A stretch of 51,547 bases of DNA, from positions 1-51,547 of the IMG/VR virus record IMGVR_UViG_3300009684_000002; one strand, 5' to 3'. A program made the translations under genes and the position numbers. The DNA comes from a virus. Taxonomy: Duplodnaviria > Caudoviricetes. Of this stretch, positions 36,018 through 45,693 are shown one piece after another. Within the stretch, counting starts at the first letter, position 1. Every line of letters starts with the position of its first letter. The notes under the pieces were generated by a model that made no database searches, was not told the origin of the DNA, and was given only the letters and a program-made list of their open reading frames with translations.

Positions 36018-37340
36018 ATGTCCGAACCAACCAACGATCCTACGCTCAATCCTAACCTTACTGCCGCATCTATTGCTGATAAAGCCGCAAGGGATGCTGC
36101 TGTAAAGCAAGCAGATTCTTTCTTCAAATCAGAAATCAAAGAAGCACCAAAGGGAACTCCAGAAGATTTGTTCCGTAAGTTTGGAGCAAAACAAGCAGAA
36201 GATGCTGAAGCTCATCAAGAAAAAATTGATGAATCAAAACAAGCTAGGCGTGACATTGAAGAAAACAGGCCAGAACCAGAGATCAAGGCATCATCGGTTG
36301 ATGATGAGAAGAAGCCGGGATACATCAAATCCCTCAAGCAAACCAATGAGCAGCTTTCTAAAGAAGCCGCTGAACTCAAGGCCAAGGTTGCTGATTATGA
36401 GAAATCCAAAGCAGAAGTTGAAGAGCTACGAGCAAAGATTGATGACTCTGAAACGAAGAAACAGGTTGATAAACTTCAGAAAGAATTGGAGTTGGCAATC
36501 AAGGAAAAGCAAGAACGTGAAGAAACTTTATCAAACGATTTGGAAGAGCTTCGCAAAGCTAACGCATTCCTTAATCTGCCCGCTGATTCAATCTTTAAAG
36601 AAACTTATGATGCTCCAATCCTTACTGGATATAATCAGATCAAAATGATTCTTGGTGAAGACCCAAACTATTTAATGGAGTTTGAAAAAGCAGTTGCCGC
36701 TTATGAGACATCACTTCGTACGGGAGATCAGAACGAGCGATCCAGACAGCGTGAGATTTCCAAACAAACTCTTAATTCCATCTACGAGAATCTTTCTCCT
36801 ATGGAACAGGCTAAATTTAATACTACGGCTTATGATGTTCTTGGTAAGGTTGAGAATCGAATCCAAGCACTCCAAAATTGGGAAGTAACTAAAGCACAAG
36901 CAGACGAAGAAAAGAATCGTCGCACAACTATGACCAAATCCCAAATTGGCAAACGCTGGCAGGATGCTCTTACTCAAGCCAAACAATCACTCCAAGATTC
37001 AATTAAATATCCAGAGGAGATTGCAAAGATTATTGCATCACAAAAGATTGATGACGATACAACAGAAGATGAGATGATTGCTGAAGCAGCATTGCGTGAA
37101 AATAGCAGCTATGCTCCAGAACAAATCACCCGTGTTCTTATGCAGGGAGCAAGTTTTAAAAAAGCTAAAGCCTATTCATTTGCTCTTGAAAAAGAAAACT
37201 CTGAACTCAAAGAAACCATCAAGAAAATGCGTGGTTCATCTACCGGAGATGGTAACATTGGATCTTCATCTGCTGGCAAAGCAACAGAAGTTGAAGAACG
37301 TACGCCAGCATCACTTTTTGCTAAATTTAGAAATAGATAA
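36018..37340 (+). CDS. Capsid scaffolding protein
   Basis: 440 aa, E/K-rich coiled coil directly upstream of the major capsid gene. Confidence 0.65.
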   Translation: MSEPTNDPTLNPNLTAASIADKAARDAAVKQADSFFKSEIKEAPKGTPEDLFRKFGAKQAEDAEAHQEKIDESKQARRDIEENRPEPEIKASSVDDEKKPGYIKSLKQTNEQLSKEAAELKAKVADYEKSKAEVEELRAKIDDSETKKQVDKLQKELELAIKEKQEREETLSNDLEELRKANAFLNLPADSIFKETYDAPILTGYNQIKMILGEDPNYLMEFEKAVAAYETSLRTGDQNERSRQREISKQTLNSIYENLSPMEQAKFNTTAYDVLGKVENRIQALQNWEVTKAQADEEKNRRTTMTKSQIGKRWQDALTQAKQSLQDSIKYPEEIAKIIASQKIDDDTTEDEMIAEAALRENSSYAPEQITRVLMQGASFKKAKAYSFALEKENSELKETIKKMRGSSTGDGNIGSSSAGKATEVEERTPASLFAKFRNR

Positions 37341-37344
37341 ATAA

Positions 37345-37595
37345 TGTGTTGACGAGCTATTAGAAAAACACTAATAGCTTGTTTAGACATTTTAACTGGA
37401 ATGGTCGGTTTTGATTAACCAACTGCTCTTGGTGGAAGCAACGAGTCTGATAGCGTCAGACATAAATAAAAAGCAGGTTGCCAAACTAAAGAGTAGTGGG
37501 TTGGTTAAAAAAGACCCGCAATGGTTGCCAGGTTGCAAACCCAAACAAACACTAACCATGTTCCAAGGGGGAGCAATCCTTTTTGGGACAAACAT
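37345..37595 (+). promoter_or_regulatory. Structured 5' leader of the major capsid gene
   Basis: Several hairpins, including GACGAGCTATTAG/CTAATAGCTTGTT and a 14-bp stem capped by a GCAA tetraloop at 37559-37590. Confidence 0.5.
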
Positions 37596-37617
37596 ATAAA
37601 CCCAAAAACTTAAAATT

Positions 37618-39030
37618 ATGGCCGCACAAAATGGCGTAACATTCTCATCCTGTCAGGATGTGGATACCCTCTTTAGAGAGGCTCGTACATACTACAATCC
37701 ATTCTTCATCAAGAAGATGGCGATTAACTCGATCTATTATGGTCGTCTTGAAACTGAAACTTGGCCTCTGAATACCCTTCCCACAATGAAGGCATTCCGC
37801 TTTGGTCGTGGATGGTATAACCCAAATCAGCCTTGGGAGCAGGTTCAGTCAGGTCGTTGCATCCAGAACGCAGATGACGTTCAGTTTGAGACGATTGCTC
37901 ACCCCGGTACAGAATCCTATAGCTTCAGCCTTTTCACCAAGGCAATGCGAACCGATTGGTATCAGCTTACTGATTTCATGTATCGTCTCTTCCCTCAAGA
38001 GGAGATGGATCACATCATGGCAACAAACGTCAACATCACGAAAAACGTGCATGAAGAGTTTGCTCGTTCTAACTGGATCGGTGGTGCTGGTCACAAGTGG
38101 GTTCCTATCTCCAATGGTCAGAGCCTCGTTTCTTGTGCCACTCCTGATGATCAGATGTTTATCGTTCAGCCCTTTGAGGGAACGAATGAAGGCAGCTTCA
38201 ACATGGGCTATGTCTATGTTAAGATGGCAGCTTCCAGCCTTAACAACATCGGTCTTCTCTCACTTGATACCCTTGATGATATCCTCATCAACCTTCAGCG
38301 TGAAGATGATGCCTATCGTCTCGATGTGAGTGAGGCCGCTGGTCGTCCTCTCCTTGAGATCATTGTTCCTGATGCCCGTGTCCTTCGTCAGCTCTGGCAG
38401 TATGCCAAGCAGTCTGGTGGATGGTGGGAGAGCGTTAGTGACTTTGATGACAAGCAGCTTCAGTACTCTTTGGGTATTGATCGTGTCATCGGTAACTACG
38501 CTTTCTGTAACGACATCAATGGTGTTCGCTTAAACGTGGATTGGGTATACAACGCTTCCCTTCCTACGTTCAACGTGAATGATCCTACGACATGGCCTCG
38601 TCTGGTGCGTGTTCTTCCTTACTACCCCGTCACAACGGAATTAGGTTGCAAATACATCCAGAATCCAGCCTTCCAGTATGCTGATTTCGGTATCACGAAT
38701 CCTTGGGTCAACAAGGCAATGATTAAATGGATCAGCCCATCACAGAGTGGTATTGGAGAAGCCCAAGGCATGACCCAGAACTATGCTGGTGATTGGGAGT
38801 GGAAGAACCCAGATTGGGAGTGCAACATCAAGCGTGACCAAGGTTTCTTCTGGAACCAGTTCCGTATGGGTATGCAGTTCCAAGATCCTACTCTGATGCA
38901 CTCAATCCTTCACAGGTTGAACAATGCACAGTTGGTGATCCCTGCGGCTTGCACACTCTCGCCGAACTATGCCCCTCAATACACCCCCGATTGCTACGCT
39001 TGCAACAGCACTGTTAGCCAGCCTATCTAA
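37618..39030 (+). CDS. Major capsid protein
   Basis: 470 aa after the scaffold; C-ending codon bias suggesting high expression; followed by decoration-like genes and a strong hairpin. Confidence 0.75.
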   Translation: MAAQNGVTFSSCQDVDTLFREARTYYNPFFIKKMAINSIYYGRLETETWPLNTLPTMKAFRFGRGWYNPNQPWEQVQSGRCIQNADDVQFETIAHPGTESYSFSLFTKAMRTDWYQLTDFMYRLFPQEEMDHIMATNVNITKNVHEEFARSNWIGGAGHKWVPISNGQSLVSCATPDDQMFIVQPFEGTNEGSFNMGYVYVKMAASSLNNIGLLSLDTLDDILINLQREDDAYRLDVSEAAGRPLLEIIVPDARVLRQLWQYAKQSGGWWESVSDFDDKQLQYSLGIDRVIGNYAFCNDINGVRLNVDWVYNASLPTFNVNDPTTWPRLVRVLPYYPVTTELGCKYIQNPAFQYADFGITNPWVNKAMIKWISPSQSGIGEAQGMTQNYAGDWEWKNPDWECNIKRDQGFFWNQFRMGMQFQDPTLMHSILHRLNNAQLVIPAACTLSPNYAPQYTPDCYACNSTVSQPI

Positions 39031-39049
39031 TCAATAAGGTAAACACACG

Positions 39050-39379
39050 ATGTCACTTAATAACGCAAATTACGGCCCGTCGAGTGTCCTCAACGCCCCT
39101 GCCCTGCTATACGCAGGGTACGGGCAACCGTTGACACCCTACTTTGTTGCGGTAACAACTGGAACATCGTTCACCATCCCTACAAGTGCCCTTACCTGGT
39201 CGATCTCGACTAGCGGTGGTGGTACTGCTGTAGTTGGCGGTGTTACGATTACTGGTGCATTTAACCTTAATGGTAGTGGCCCACTTCAGAGTGCTATTAC
39301 TATTGCTCCTTCATCTGAAACGGTCAATGTTGCTTATACGCTTAATAACGTCATTTACAACACTCCTAGCTACTATTAA
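39050..39379 (+). CDS. Putative capsid decoration / structural protein
   Basis: T/S/G-rich beta protein right after the capsid gene. Confidence 0.5.
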   Translation: MSLNNANYGPSSVLNAPALLYAGYGQPLTPYFVAVTTGTSFTIPTSALTWSISTSGGGTAVVGGVTITGAFNLNGSGPLQSAITIAPSSETVNVAYTLNNVIYNTPSYY

Positions 39380-39407
39380 TCTTAACTAATCAAACAAAAC
39401 TAATTAT

Positions 39408-40223
39408 ATGTCCGTCCCTAAACCCACTCCTAACAATCTTACGATTGTTCGTTTCGGCCCACAAAATGTAGATTTCACGAAAACTGGAACTTACATTCTT
39501 GGTGACCTTCCATATGACGAGAATGTTTTCGTTCCTACGAATGCATTTATCGTCTATTCAAATGTTGTTGGCCCAGCTTCTGGTTCAACACAGTTCTCAA
39601 CGGCTGCTATTGTAAACATCAATGACTCTATTTCGGGTCAGAACATTGTTGCGGCAACATACCTTCCTGTAACTGGTATTCCTGTTACTTCTCCTGCTAA
39701 TACAGTAGTTGTAAGTGGTGGAACAACCCTTGGTGGAAACCTATCACAAACCATCCTTACCCTTATTGGAGCTACTTCCAGCACAACTGGTGCGGCTCCT
39801 GGGTATGTGCTTGGTGGGCTTCCTCTTGCAGATCAGCTTCCTTATGGAGCTACTGCAATTAGCCCAACTGGTAGTTTCCCTGTTGCTTCCGCTAATGCTG
39901 GTGGTGCGGCTTCTGTTCAAACATTGAACTTGAATGTTACCACTGCCGCAGTTCCTTCGGTTACTGTTAGCTCCTCGACTACCTCAAACAACATCACTAC
40001 GCTTACGCTGTCGGCTCTTCCTGCTTCGTTTGTCGCTGGTGCAGTTGTTAACGTGCTTGGAGTTGGTGCTGGTTACAACGGAACGGTTACGATTCTTTCG
40101 ACAACCGCTTCGCCAAACACCATTACCTACTACAATCCTAGCATTGCTTCTGGCACTACTGGTGCTGGTGGTACTGTTGGCGCATTGTCTGGTGACGTTT
40201 ACGTTGCTGGTTACCTGTTCTAA
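39408..40223 (+). CDS. Putative structural (decoration/spike) protein
   Basis: 271 aa, T/S/G/A/V-rich, same codon style as the capsid gene. Confidence 0.55.
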   Translation: MSVPKPTPNNLTIVRFGPQNVDFTKTGTYILGDLPYDENVFVPTNAFIVYSNVVGPASGSTQFSTAAIVNINDSISGQNIVAATYLPVTGIPVTSPANTVVVSGGTTLGGNLSQTILTLIGATSSTTGAAPGYVLGGLPLADQLPYGATAISPTGSFPVASANAGGAASVQTLNLNVTTAAVPSVTVSSSTTSNNITTLTLSALPASFVAGAVVNVLGVGAGYNGTVTILSTTASPNTITYYNPSIASGTTGAGGTVGALSGDVYVAGYLF

Positions 40224-40232
40224 TTAAACTCT

Positions 40233-40267
40233 GGATGCCTTGGGGGTTCTATCCCCCCAAGGTGTCT
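40233..40267 (+). terminator. Stem-loop, probable terminator of the capsid operon
   Basis: GGATGCCTTGGGGG-loop-CCCCCAAGGTGTCT; weak U-tract. Confidence 0.55.
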
Positions 40268-40283
40268 TACCAATTTTATAGCC

Positions 40284-40634
40284 ATGTCTGTTACTGCTCT
40301 TACATTTCCTGCATTTGTTGACACAACTTCAAGTGAACAGCTTTGGCAGATTTTTAATGCCATCCAAGGTGTAACTCCACCAACAAATTTTGCATTTGGT
40401 CAACAAACTATAACCACAACTGCTGCTTCATTACCATCATCGGTTTTGGTAAATGGGGTAGTCCTTACTAACGGAGGAACGGCAATTATGTATATTGGAG
40501 GATCTAGTGTAACTAGCTCTACTGGATATGCGCTGGCTATTGGAGCAAGCGTAGGATTAGCAGTCGCAAATCTTTCTTCCGTTTATATTATTGGAACAGC
40601 ATCGTCTGGAAATATTTCCTATATCGGCTCATAA
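40284..40634 (+). CDS. Putative structural protein
   Basis: N.G...MYIGG..VT...GY.L..G.S beta-sandwich pattern seen in virion proteins. Confidence 0.55.
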   Translation: MSVTALTFPAFVDTTSSEQLWQIFNAIQGVTPPTNFAFGQQTITTTAASLPSSVLVNGVVLTNGGTAIMYIGGSSVTSSTGYALAIGASVGLAVANLSSVYIIGTASSGNISYIGS

Positions 40635-40637
40635 TTT

Positions 40638-41105
40638 ATGCCAATCCCTCCTTTTTCATCAGTTGGGCCAAAAGGAAACACAGGATCCCCAGGATCTGGT
40701 TCAACATTAAATTTTACATCTTCAAATGTTGCAGCTTCTGTTGGTTCACGATATTTAACTACTGGCACTATTTCTATTTCTGACCCAACTAGCCCGTCAC
40801 CAACAGCAGGACAGGCTTATGAGGTAATTATTGGAAGCGGAACAGTTTCTTTAGGTTCAGTGGTTTATTCTAAAACAGGCATTGAATTGCTTCGTTATTA
40901 TAACGGAACAAGTTGGTCAACGATCCAACCAATTTTGCAAGGAGTTGATGCTCCTTCATCATCTACTGATTATAGTTCTTTACCAAATAATACTATTCCT
41001 TCTGGTTCGCAAATTTACATGGCAAATCGAAATGCAAATACCATGTGGATAATTTCATCTTCCGATGCAAATTGGAAAATTGTTGATAAGTATTCTCTTT
41101 CTTGA
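40638..41105 (+). CDS. Putative fibre/structural protein
   Basis: Short collagen-like GPKGNTGSPG; C-terminal module shared with 44497-44913. Confidence 0.55.
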   Translation: MPIPPFSSVGPKGNTGSPGSGSTLNFTSSNVAASVGSRYLTTGTISISDPTSPSPTAGQAYEVIIGSGTVSLGSVVYSKTGIELLRYYNGTSWSTIQPILQGVDAPSSSTDYSSLPNNTIPSGSQIYMANRNANTMWIISSSDANWKIVDKYSLS

Positions 41106-41135
41106 TTAAATCACCACACCTTAACTAAAATCATT

Positions 41136-42935
41136 ATGAAAAAAACACGATCTCTGTCTCTGGCATTAATATTAATTGCCTCTTCAACTTTTTCTCTTTT
41201 TAGCCAGACAAACGTTGGTGACATCAAATATAGTCAAATCAATAGCAATGGAATTGCAATTGGAAAAGCGTGGAATGGAAATGGGTTTGTTTATGTAAAT
41301 TCTACAAATATAACTTCAAGTGTTGTTTCTTCAATTGCGTGGAATTACATTCAAGGTGTTCAGCAAAATGTTGCCCCTACAAATAGTTCTTTTGTATTTG
41401 AAGGTGATTCTATTACTTATGGATTTTCACAAACAAATGGAAGTGTTCCATGGACACCGTATGGGGCTTATGGAACTGTATTGACTAATTTAAGTTTTGC
41501 AAAAGGATGCACAAGCACAATTGTGGCATACAATGGAAGAACTTCTGGATCAATTACTGGCGTAACAAATACTTACAGTAATAACATTCTTTTTGATTAT
41601 ACAAATTCTATTCGTGCTTTGAGACCAAGCACATTTGGTGGATCTGGAGGAACAAATGTTTATCTAAATTTAATGATTGGAATTAATGATATTTTTTATA
41701 CTAATTCGTTATTGAATATTGAAAATAACATTCAATCATTTATTACTCAAGCTCACGCAGATGGTTTTAAGGTAATATTAAATACTATTTTAGATACAAC
41801 TGCGCCGCTATACAGCACTGCAAATCCAATTCAAGCAACAATTCACCAACAGCTTAATAGTGATATTCGTGCAAATACATTTAATACTTCTACAAATGCA
41901 ACAAACACATTTGGTGCGGATTATATTTGGGATGCAAACTCTGCTTTGAATGATCCTACAGATACTAATGTGTTTTTTGACAATTTGCACCCAACTCAAT
42001 ATGGACAAATTTCTTTAGCAAAAAGCCTTAACAGTTGCTTGTCTTCTGGTGGATTCAATGTAACTTCTCCTGCTCCATATAATCAAAATTACACAATATC
42101 TGGAACTTTAACAAATTGGGGTTCTGCTACTTTTCAAGGAGGAATAAATGTAAATAGCATTACCAATCTTGTTACAATAAACGCAACAGGAAATAGTTCT
42201 ATGGTTCAATTTGGAAATTTATCTAATTCCATTAATATTGGATCTACTAATACTATTTCTACAAATGGAGCAACAATAGACAATTTTGGTAACACCTTAT
42301 ACATTGATCCAGCGATTTCTGGGGCATTGCGATTTGCAACACTGCATCAAACAACAATTACATTTGGAACTAATTTAACAACATTCAACGGGCCTATTTC
42401 TTTTCCATCAGGATCAATAGATTCAACTGGGATTAATGTAAGCAATATTACCAATGTTGTTAGCATTAATACAAATGGATCAAGTTCAATAATTCAATTT
42501 GGAAGTTCTGCAAATTCAATTAATATTGGCTCTGCAAGTTCTTTGCCCGCAAATGGGGCTACTATAGATAATTATGGAAGCACTTTATACATTGATCCAG
42601 CAACCTCCCAACCATTAAGAATTGCAACAATCCATCAATCTTCTGTAACTTTTGGAACAAATGTTACTACATTTAATGGGCCTGCCGTTATTGTTGGAGG
42701 GTTAACATTAACTGCTGGATCAAACCAATTTGGTGGAAGGGTTACACTAGTTAATGGAAATGCCACAATTACATCATCTGCAATAACAACTTCATCTGTT
42801 ATTGTTTTAAGTTTTGCAACAGTAAATGGAGCAAACAGCTATCCTCAAGTTGTGGTTAGCAATGGATCTGCTGCAATTTATGGATTGACTACTGATAATG
42901 GTTCATACAACTGGATAGTAATTAATAGAAATTAA
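41136..42935 (+). CDS. SGNH/GDSL hydrolase (esterase) with signal peptide and duplicated beta-rich domain
   Basis: FEGDSIT (block I), MIGIND (block III), DNLHP (block V); MKKTR plus a hydrophobic N-terminus; internal duplication with a 96-aa period. Confidence 0.8.
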   Translation: MKKTRSLSLALILIASSTFSLFSQTNVGDIKYSQINSNGIAIGKAWNGNGFVYVNSTNITSSVVSSIAWNYIQGVQQNVAPTNSSFVFEGDSITYGFSQTNGSVPWTPYGAYGTVLTNLSFAKGCTSTIVAYNGRTSGSITGVTNTYSNNILFDYTNSIRALRPSTFGGSGGTNVYLNLMIGINDIFYTNSLLNIENNIQSFITQAHADGFKVILNTILDTTAPLYSTANPIQATIHQQLNSDIRANTFNTSTNATNTFGADYIWDANSALNDPTDTNVFFDNLHPTQYGQISLAKSLNSCLSSGGFNVTSPAPYNQNYTISGTLTNWGSATFQGGINVNSITNLVTINATGNSSMVQFGNLSNSINIGSTNTISTNGATIDNFGNTLYIDPAISGALRFATLHQTTITFGTNLTTFNGPISFPSGSIDSTGINVSNITNVVSINTNGSSSIIQFGSSANSINIGSASSLPANGATIDNYGSTLYIDPATSQPLRIATIHQSSVTFGTNVTTFNGPAVIVGGLTLTAGSNQFGGRVTLVNGNATITSSAITTSSVIVLSFATVNGANSYPQVVVSNGSAAIYGLTTDNGSYNWIVINRN

Positions 42936-42939
42936 AACA

Positions 42940-43101
42940 ATGCACTCAAATGATTCTTCTTCATTATTTGGAGCCGCAACGGGCGTTTTGTTTTTTTCGT
43001 TTTCTTTAGTTCCAGAAGTTCCTCCAATTGCTCAATGGATTTGTTTAATTCTTTCTGCAATTGCTTCAATTTTGGCAATATCAAAAAACTTTTACAAATA
43101 A
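42940..43101 (+). CDS. Putative holin (53 aa, two hydrophobic segments; missing from ORF track)
   Basis: MHSNDSSSLFGAATGVLFFFVSLVPEVPPIAQWICLILSAIASILAISKNFYK, upstream of the lysin. Confidence 0.5.
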   Translation: MHSNDSSSLFGAATGVLFFSFSLVPEVPPIAQWICLILSAIASILAISKNFYK

Positions 43102-43118
43102 CCTCAACAAAAACAACC

Positions 43119-43436
43119 ATGTCAAACACAATCAAATCTTGGTTTTTAGAAAAACTTGCAGAACTTTTTGGTTTTGCTAAAGCCTACGCTCAAGCATTGC
43201 TTCCAATTTTAGAAGGTGATGCCTCATTACTGCTACAAAAGATTTTGCCTATTGCATTGACGGCTGTAGAGTCCCTTGCGACAAGCGGTCTTTCTGCTTC
43301 GATTAAAAAACAAACAGCGTTTTCTCAAATTGAAACAGCGGCCAAAAATGCTGGAATCTCCGCTGGAAGTTCTGCAATTAACCTTGCTATTGAGCTTGCA
43401 GTTGCCAACTTGTCAGCAAATAAAGTTTCTAAATGA
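43119..43436 (+). CDS. Holin-like / lysis-cluster protein
   Basis: Start revised to MSNTIK; K..AF......AINLAIELAVANL pattern reminiscent of LL-H-type holins. Confidence 0.5.
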   Translation: MSNTIKSWFLEKLAELFGFAKAYAQALLPILEGDASLLLQKILPIALTAVESLATSGLSASIKKQTAFSQIETAAKNAGISAGSSAINLAIELAVANLSANKVSK

Positions 43437-43765
43437 TCCTTCCCTTTCAGCATTTTATTGTTCAGGTTGCGTTAAGCCGAAGTGGGCCATATTTAGTAAA
43501 AGCAATTACGGCTATTGCTTCTTTAGGGGTTGCAAAATTAGCCATCTTTATCCCCAACATTGACCACTACATTACACAACCAGTTCTTGTAGGGGCAATC
43601 TGGTGTATTATTGATTCGGCTGTTAATTCATTGCCATCTTCTATAATTAAAGAATACGGGAAAAGCATACAGGAGACCTTAAATGAAGCTGGAGCTAATT
43701 TGAAAGTCGATGGAGTTATCCTTTCAAAAACAGCAAACGCCACTTCAATTTTGATTAAAAAATAA
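43433..43765 (+). CDS. Membrane protein in the lysis cluster
   Basis: Two hydrophobic stretches; C-terminal LKVDG resembles peptidoglycan-binding motifs. Confidence 0.5.
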   Translation: MILPFQHFIVQVALSRSGPYLVKAITAIASLGVAKLAIFIPNIDHYITQPVLVGAIWCIIDSAVNSLPSSIIKEYGKSIQETLNEAGANLKVDGVILSKTANATSILIKK

Positions 43766-43769
43766 AGCA

Positions 43770-43937
43770 ATGAAAAATCCAATATGTGTTGGAGTTTTTC
43801 TTATTACATTTTTGTCTTTTTGGGTTGATATAATTCATAGTATTAGGTTTCAGCCCGAATTAGGGTCATACATAGATAAAAAAGGAAAATCTCGTCCATA
43901 TATTACAATTAATGTTAATGGAGGGGCTAAATTTTAA
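43770..43937 (+). CDS. Small membrane-anchored protein (55 aa)
   Basis: MKNPICVGVFLITFLSFWVDIIHS... read from the sequence. Confidence 0.4.
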   Translation: MKNPICVGVFLITFLSFWVDIIHSIRFQPELGSYIDKKGKSRPYITINVNGGAKF

Positions 43938-43939
43938 TC

Positions 43940-44497
43940 ATGACAATCCAGGAAATCATAGATTACTCTACTGGTAAATATACCCCAAGGTTTACTTTTT
44001 GGTTGAAGTTCATCTGCAATGTTGAGGCAACTGTTGATCACCAAGGAAACATCGTCAAGGAAGATGATCATGATGGAGCCGGGATTACATTCTGTGGCCT
44101 CACCCAAAAGTATGATCACTTACCTGATAATCCTACTCCTAAATGGATAGCTGATACCTATCACGACTATTACTGGTCAGAATCAAGAGCTGATCTTCTT
44201 CCTCAAGGGGTTGGAGAAGAGGTAGCCAACATTGCCGTGAATGAGGGTTACGCAACTGCATTCAAGATACTCCAGCAGTCTATAAATGCCCTTGGAATCC
44301 ACATTGCTATAGATGGTAAGATAGGCTCTCAAACTGAAGAAGCAGCATTCCAAGAGGACGCACATCAATTGTGTTTGATGATTGGTCAATACAATGATGA
44401 GCATTATAAAAATATAGCTGACAGACGCCTCGATTTAAGGAATAATCTGCGAGGCTGGTTGTCTCGTGACCAGCAGATGATCCAAACTTTCGCCTAA
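43940..44497 (+). CDS. Endolysin, glycoside hydrolase family 108-like with peptidoglycan-binding C-terminus
   Basis: NVE...DDHDGAGITFCGLTQ, YYW, AVNEG...KILQQSIN...IDGKIGSQT, RGWLSR. Confidence 0.8.
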   Translation: MTIQEIIDYSTGKYTPRFTFWLKFICNVEATVDHQGNIVKEDDHDGAGITFCGLTQKYDHLPDNPTPKWIADTYHDYYWSESRADLLPQGVGEEVANIAVNEGYATAFKILQQSINALGIHIAIDGKIGSQTEEAAFQEDAHQLCLMIGQYNDEHYKNIADRRLDLRNNLRGWLSRDQQMIQTFA

Positions 44498-44913
44498 TGA
44501 ATTACAACAATAATCAGATTTACAACTCAAGCAACTATTGTGGTTGTGGGCAGCAATATCCTGTTGTGCCAGGATCTAATCCTAGTCTACAAACATGGAA
44601 TGGGCAAAGGTTTGTAGTTGCTGATGGGTCTTTCATTAATCCGATTTCTTTGCCATATTTGCAAATTTCAGCATCAAGTCAATATATTTTGGGGGTAAAT
44701 TCAAAACAACAATTAACTTTAATACCAATAAGTTTATCTGCTGCGGGTTCAATTGCCCCTCCTAGTTCTCCCACTGATTTCAGCACTTTGCCGGGAGGAA
44801 TTATTCCAACGGGAAGCCAAGTATATTTTGCCAATCGTGATCAAAATACTTTATGGACAATTTCAGCATCAGATTCACAATGGAAAATTGTTGATAAATA
44901 CCAATTAGCTTAA
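44497..44913 (+). CDS. Putative tail-associated structural protein
   Basis: Shares the ADGS..NPI.L module with the next two genes and its C-terminal module with 40638-41105. Confidence 0.55.
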   Translation: MNYNNNQIYNSSNYCGCGQQYPVVPGSNPSLQTWNGQRFVVADGSFINPISLPYLQISASSQYILGVNSKQQLTLIPISLSAAGSIAPPSSPTDFSTLPGGIIPTGSQVYFANRDQNTLWTISASDSQWKIVDKYQLA

Positions 44914-44914
44914 T

Positions 44915-45649
44915 ATGCCTTGTTACAATACAGTCCCAATTAGCATTATTCCTCCTACTAGCCAAGGAATTGGCCCTCTTGTTTGGCAGAATGGCAGCCA
45001 AATCAATAGGCTTAATTCTCCATATAACCCATCATTGGTTATTTATGATGGCTCTGTAACTCGTTTTGGTGATGGGTCAGCACAAACTCCTATTCCTTTG
45101 CCTAACCTCCAACAAGTAAATTCTAGTGTTATTGCTTATAGAGTTGGTTTAAATTCTAATGGTCAGCTTTCAAAATGCCCTAGCTCTAATTATGGAAACT
45201 TTTACGACACGACTACACAAGTAAGTGCTGGAACGACTATTGCAAATCTTATTAGCATTAATACTACTGATATTTCTAATGGAATTTCATTAGGAACAAA
45301 TGGAAAACTTATTTTCTCTAATGCTGGAGCGTATTTAATTAATTTGCTTGGTCAGTTTAAATTTACTGGAGGTGGCACTGGTGGGAATATTACTGTTTGG
45401 TACACAATAAATGGGAATCAACCAAATGTTGCTTCATTTACTTTTTTCTTGCCAACCAGTAATAACTTTCGAGTTCTTGCAAATGTTGAAGACATAATAA
45501 ATATTAATGCTGGAGATTACATACAATTTTATTGGTGGAGTGATGTAAATCCTGCTGCCAACATTGCATTGACTTATCTTGCTGCTGGAACAAACCCAAC
45601 AAGGCCAGCATCTCCAAGTGTAAATGTTTCTGTAAGTCAGCTTAATTAA
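44915..45649 (+). CDS. Putative tail fibre/spike protein with C1q/TNF-like C-terminus
   Basis: YGNFYDTTTQ...AGAYLIN...INAGDYIQFYW. Confidence 0.55.
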   Translation: MPCYNTVPISIIPPTSQGIGPLVWQNGSQINRLNSPYNPSLVIYDGSVTRFGDGSAQTPIPLPNLQQVNSSVIAYRVGLNSNGQLSKCPSSNYGNFYDTTTQVSAGTTIANLISINTTDISNGISLGTNGKLIFSNAGAYLINLLGQFKFTGGGTGGNITVWYTINGNQPNVASFTFFLPTSNNFRVLANVEDIININAGDYIQFYWWSDVNPAANIALTYLAAGTNPTRPASPSVNVSVSQLN

Positions 45650-45693
45650 CCAGCACTTGATCTTTTTTTAAAAACCAACTAAAACTTAAAACT

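Noticed and set aside
40638-44913. Diversity-generating retroelement template/variable repeat pair
   Set aside because: The shared C-terminal modules are diverged at all base types rather than only at adenines, and no reverse transcriptase is present
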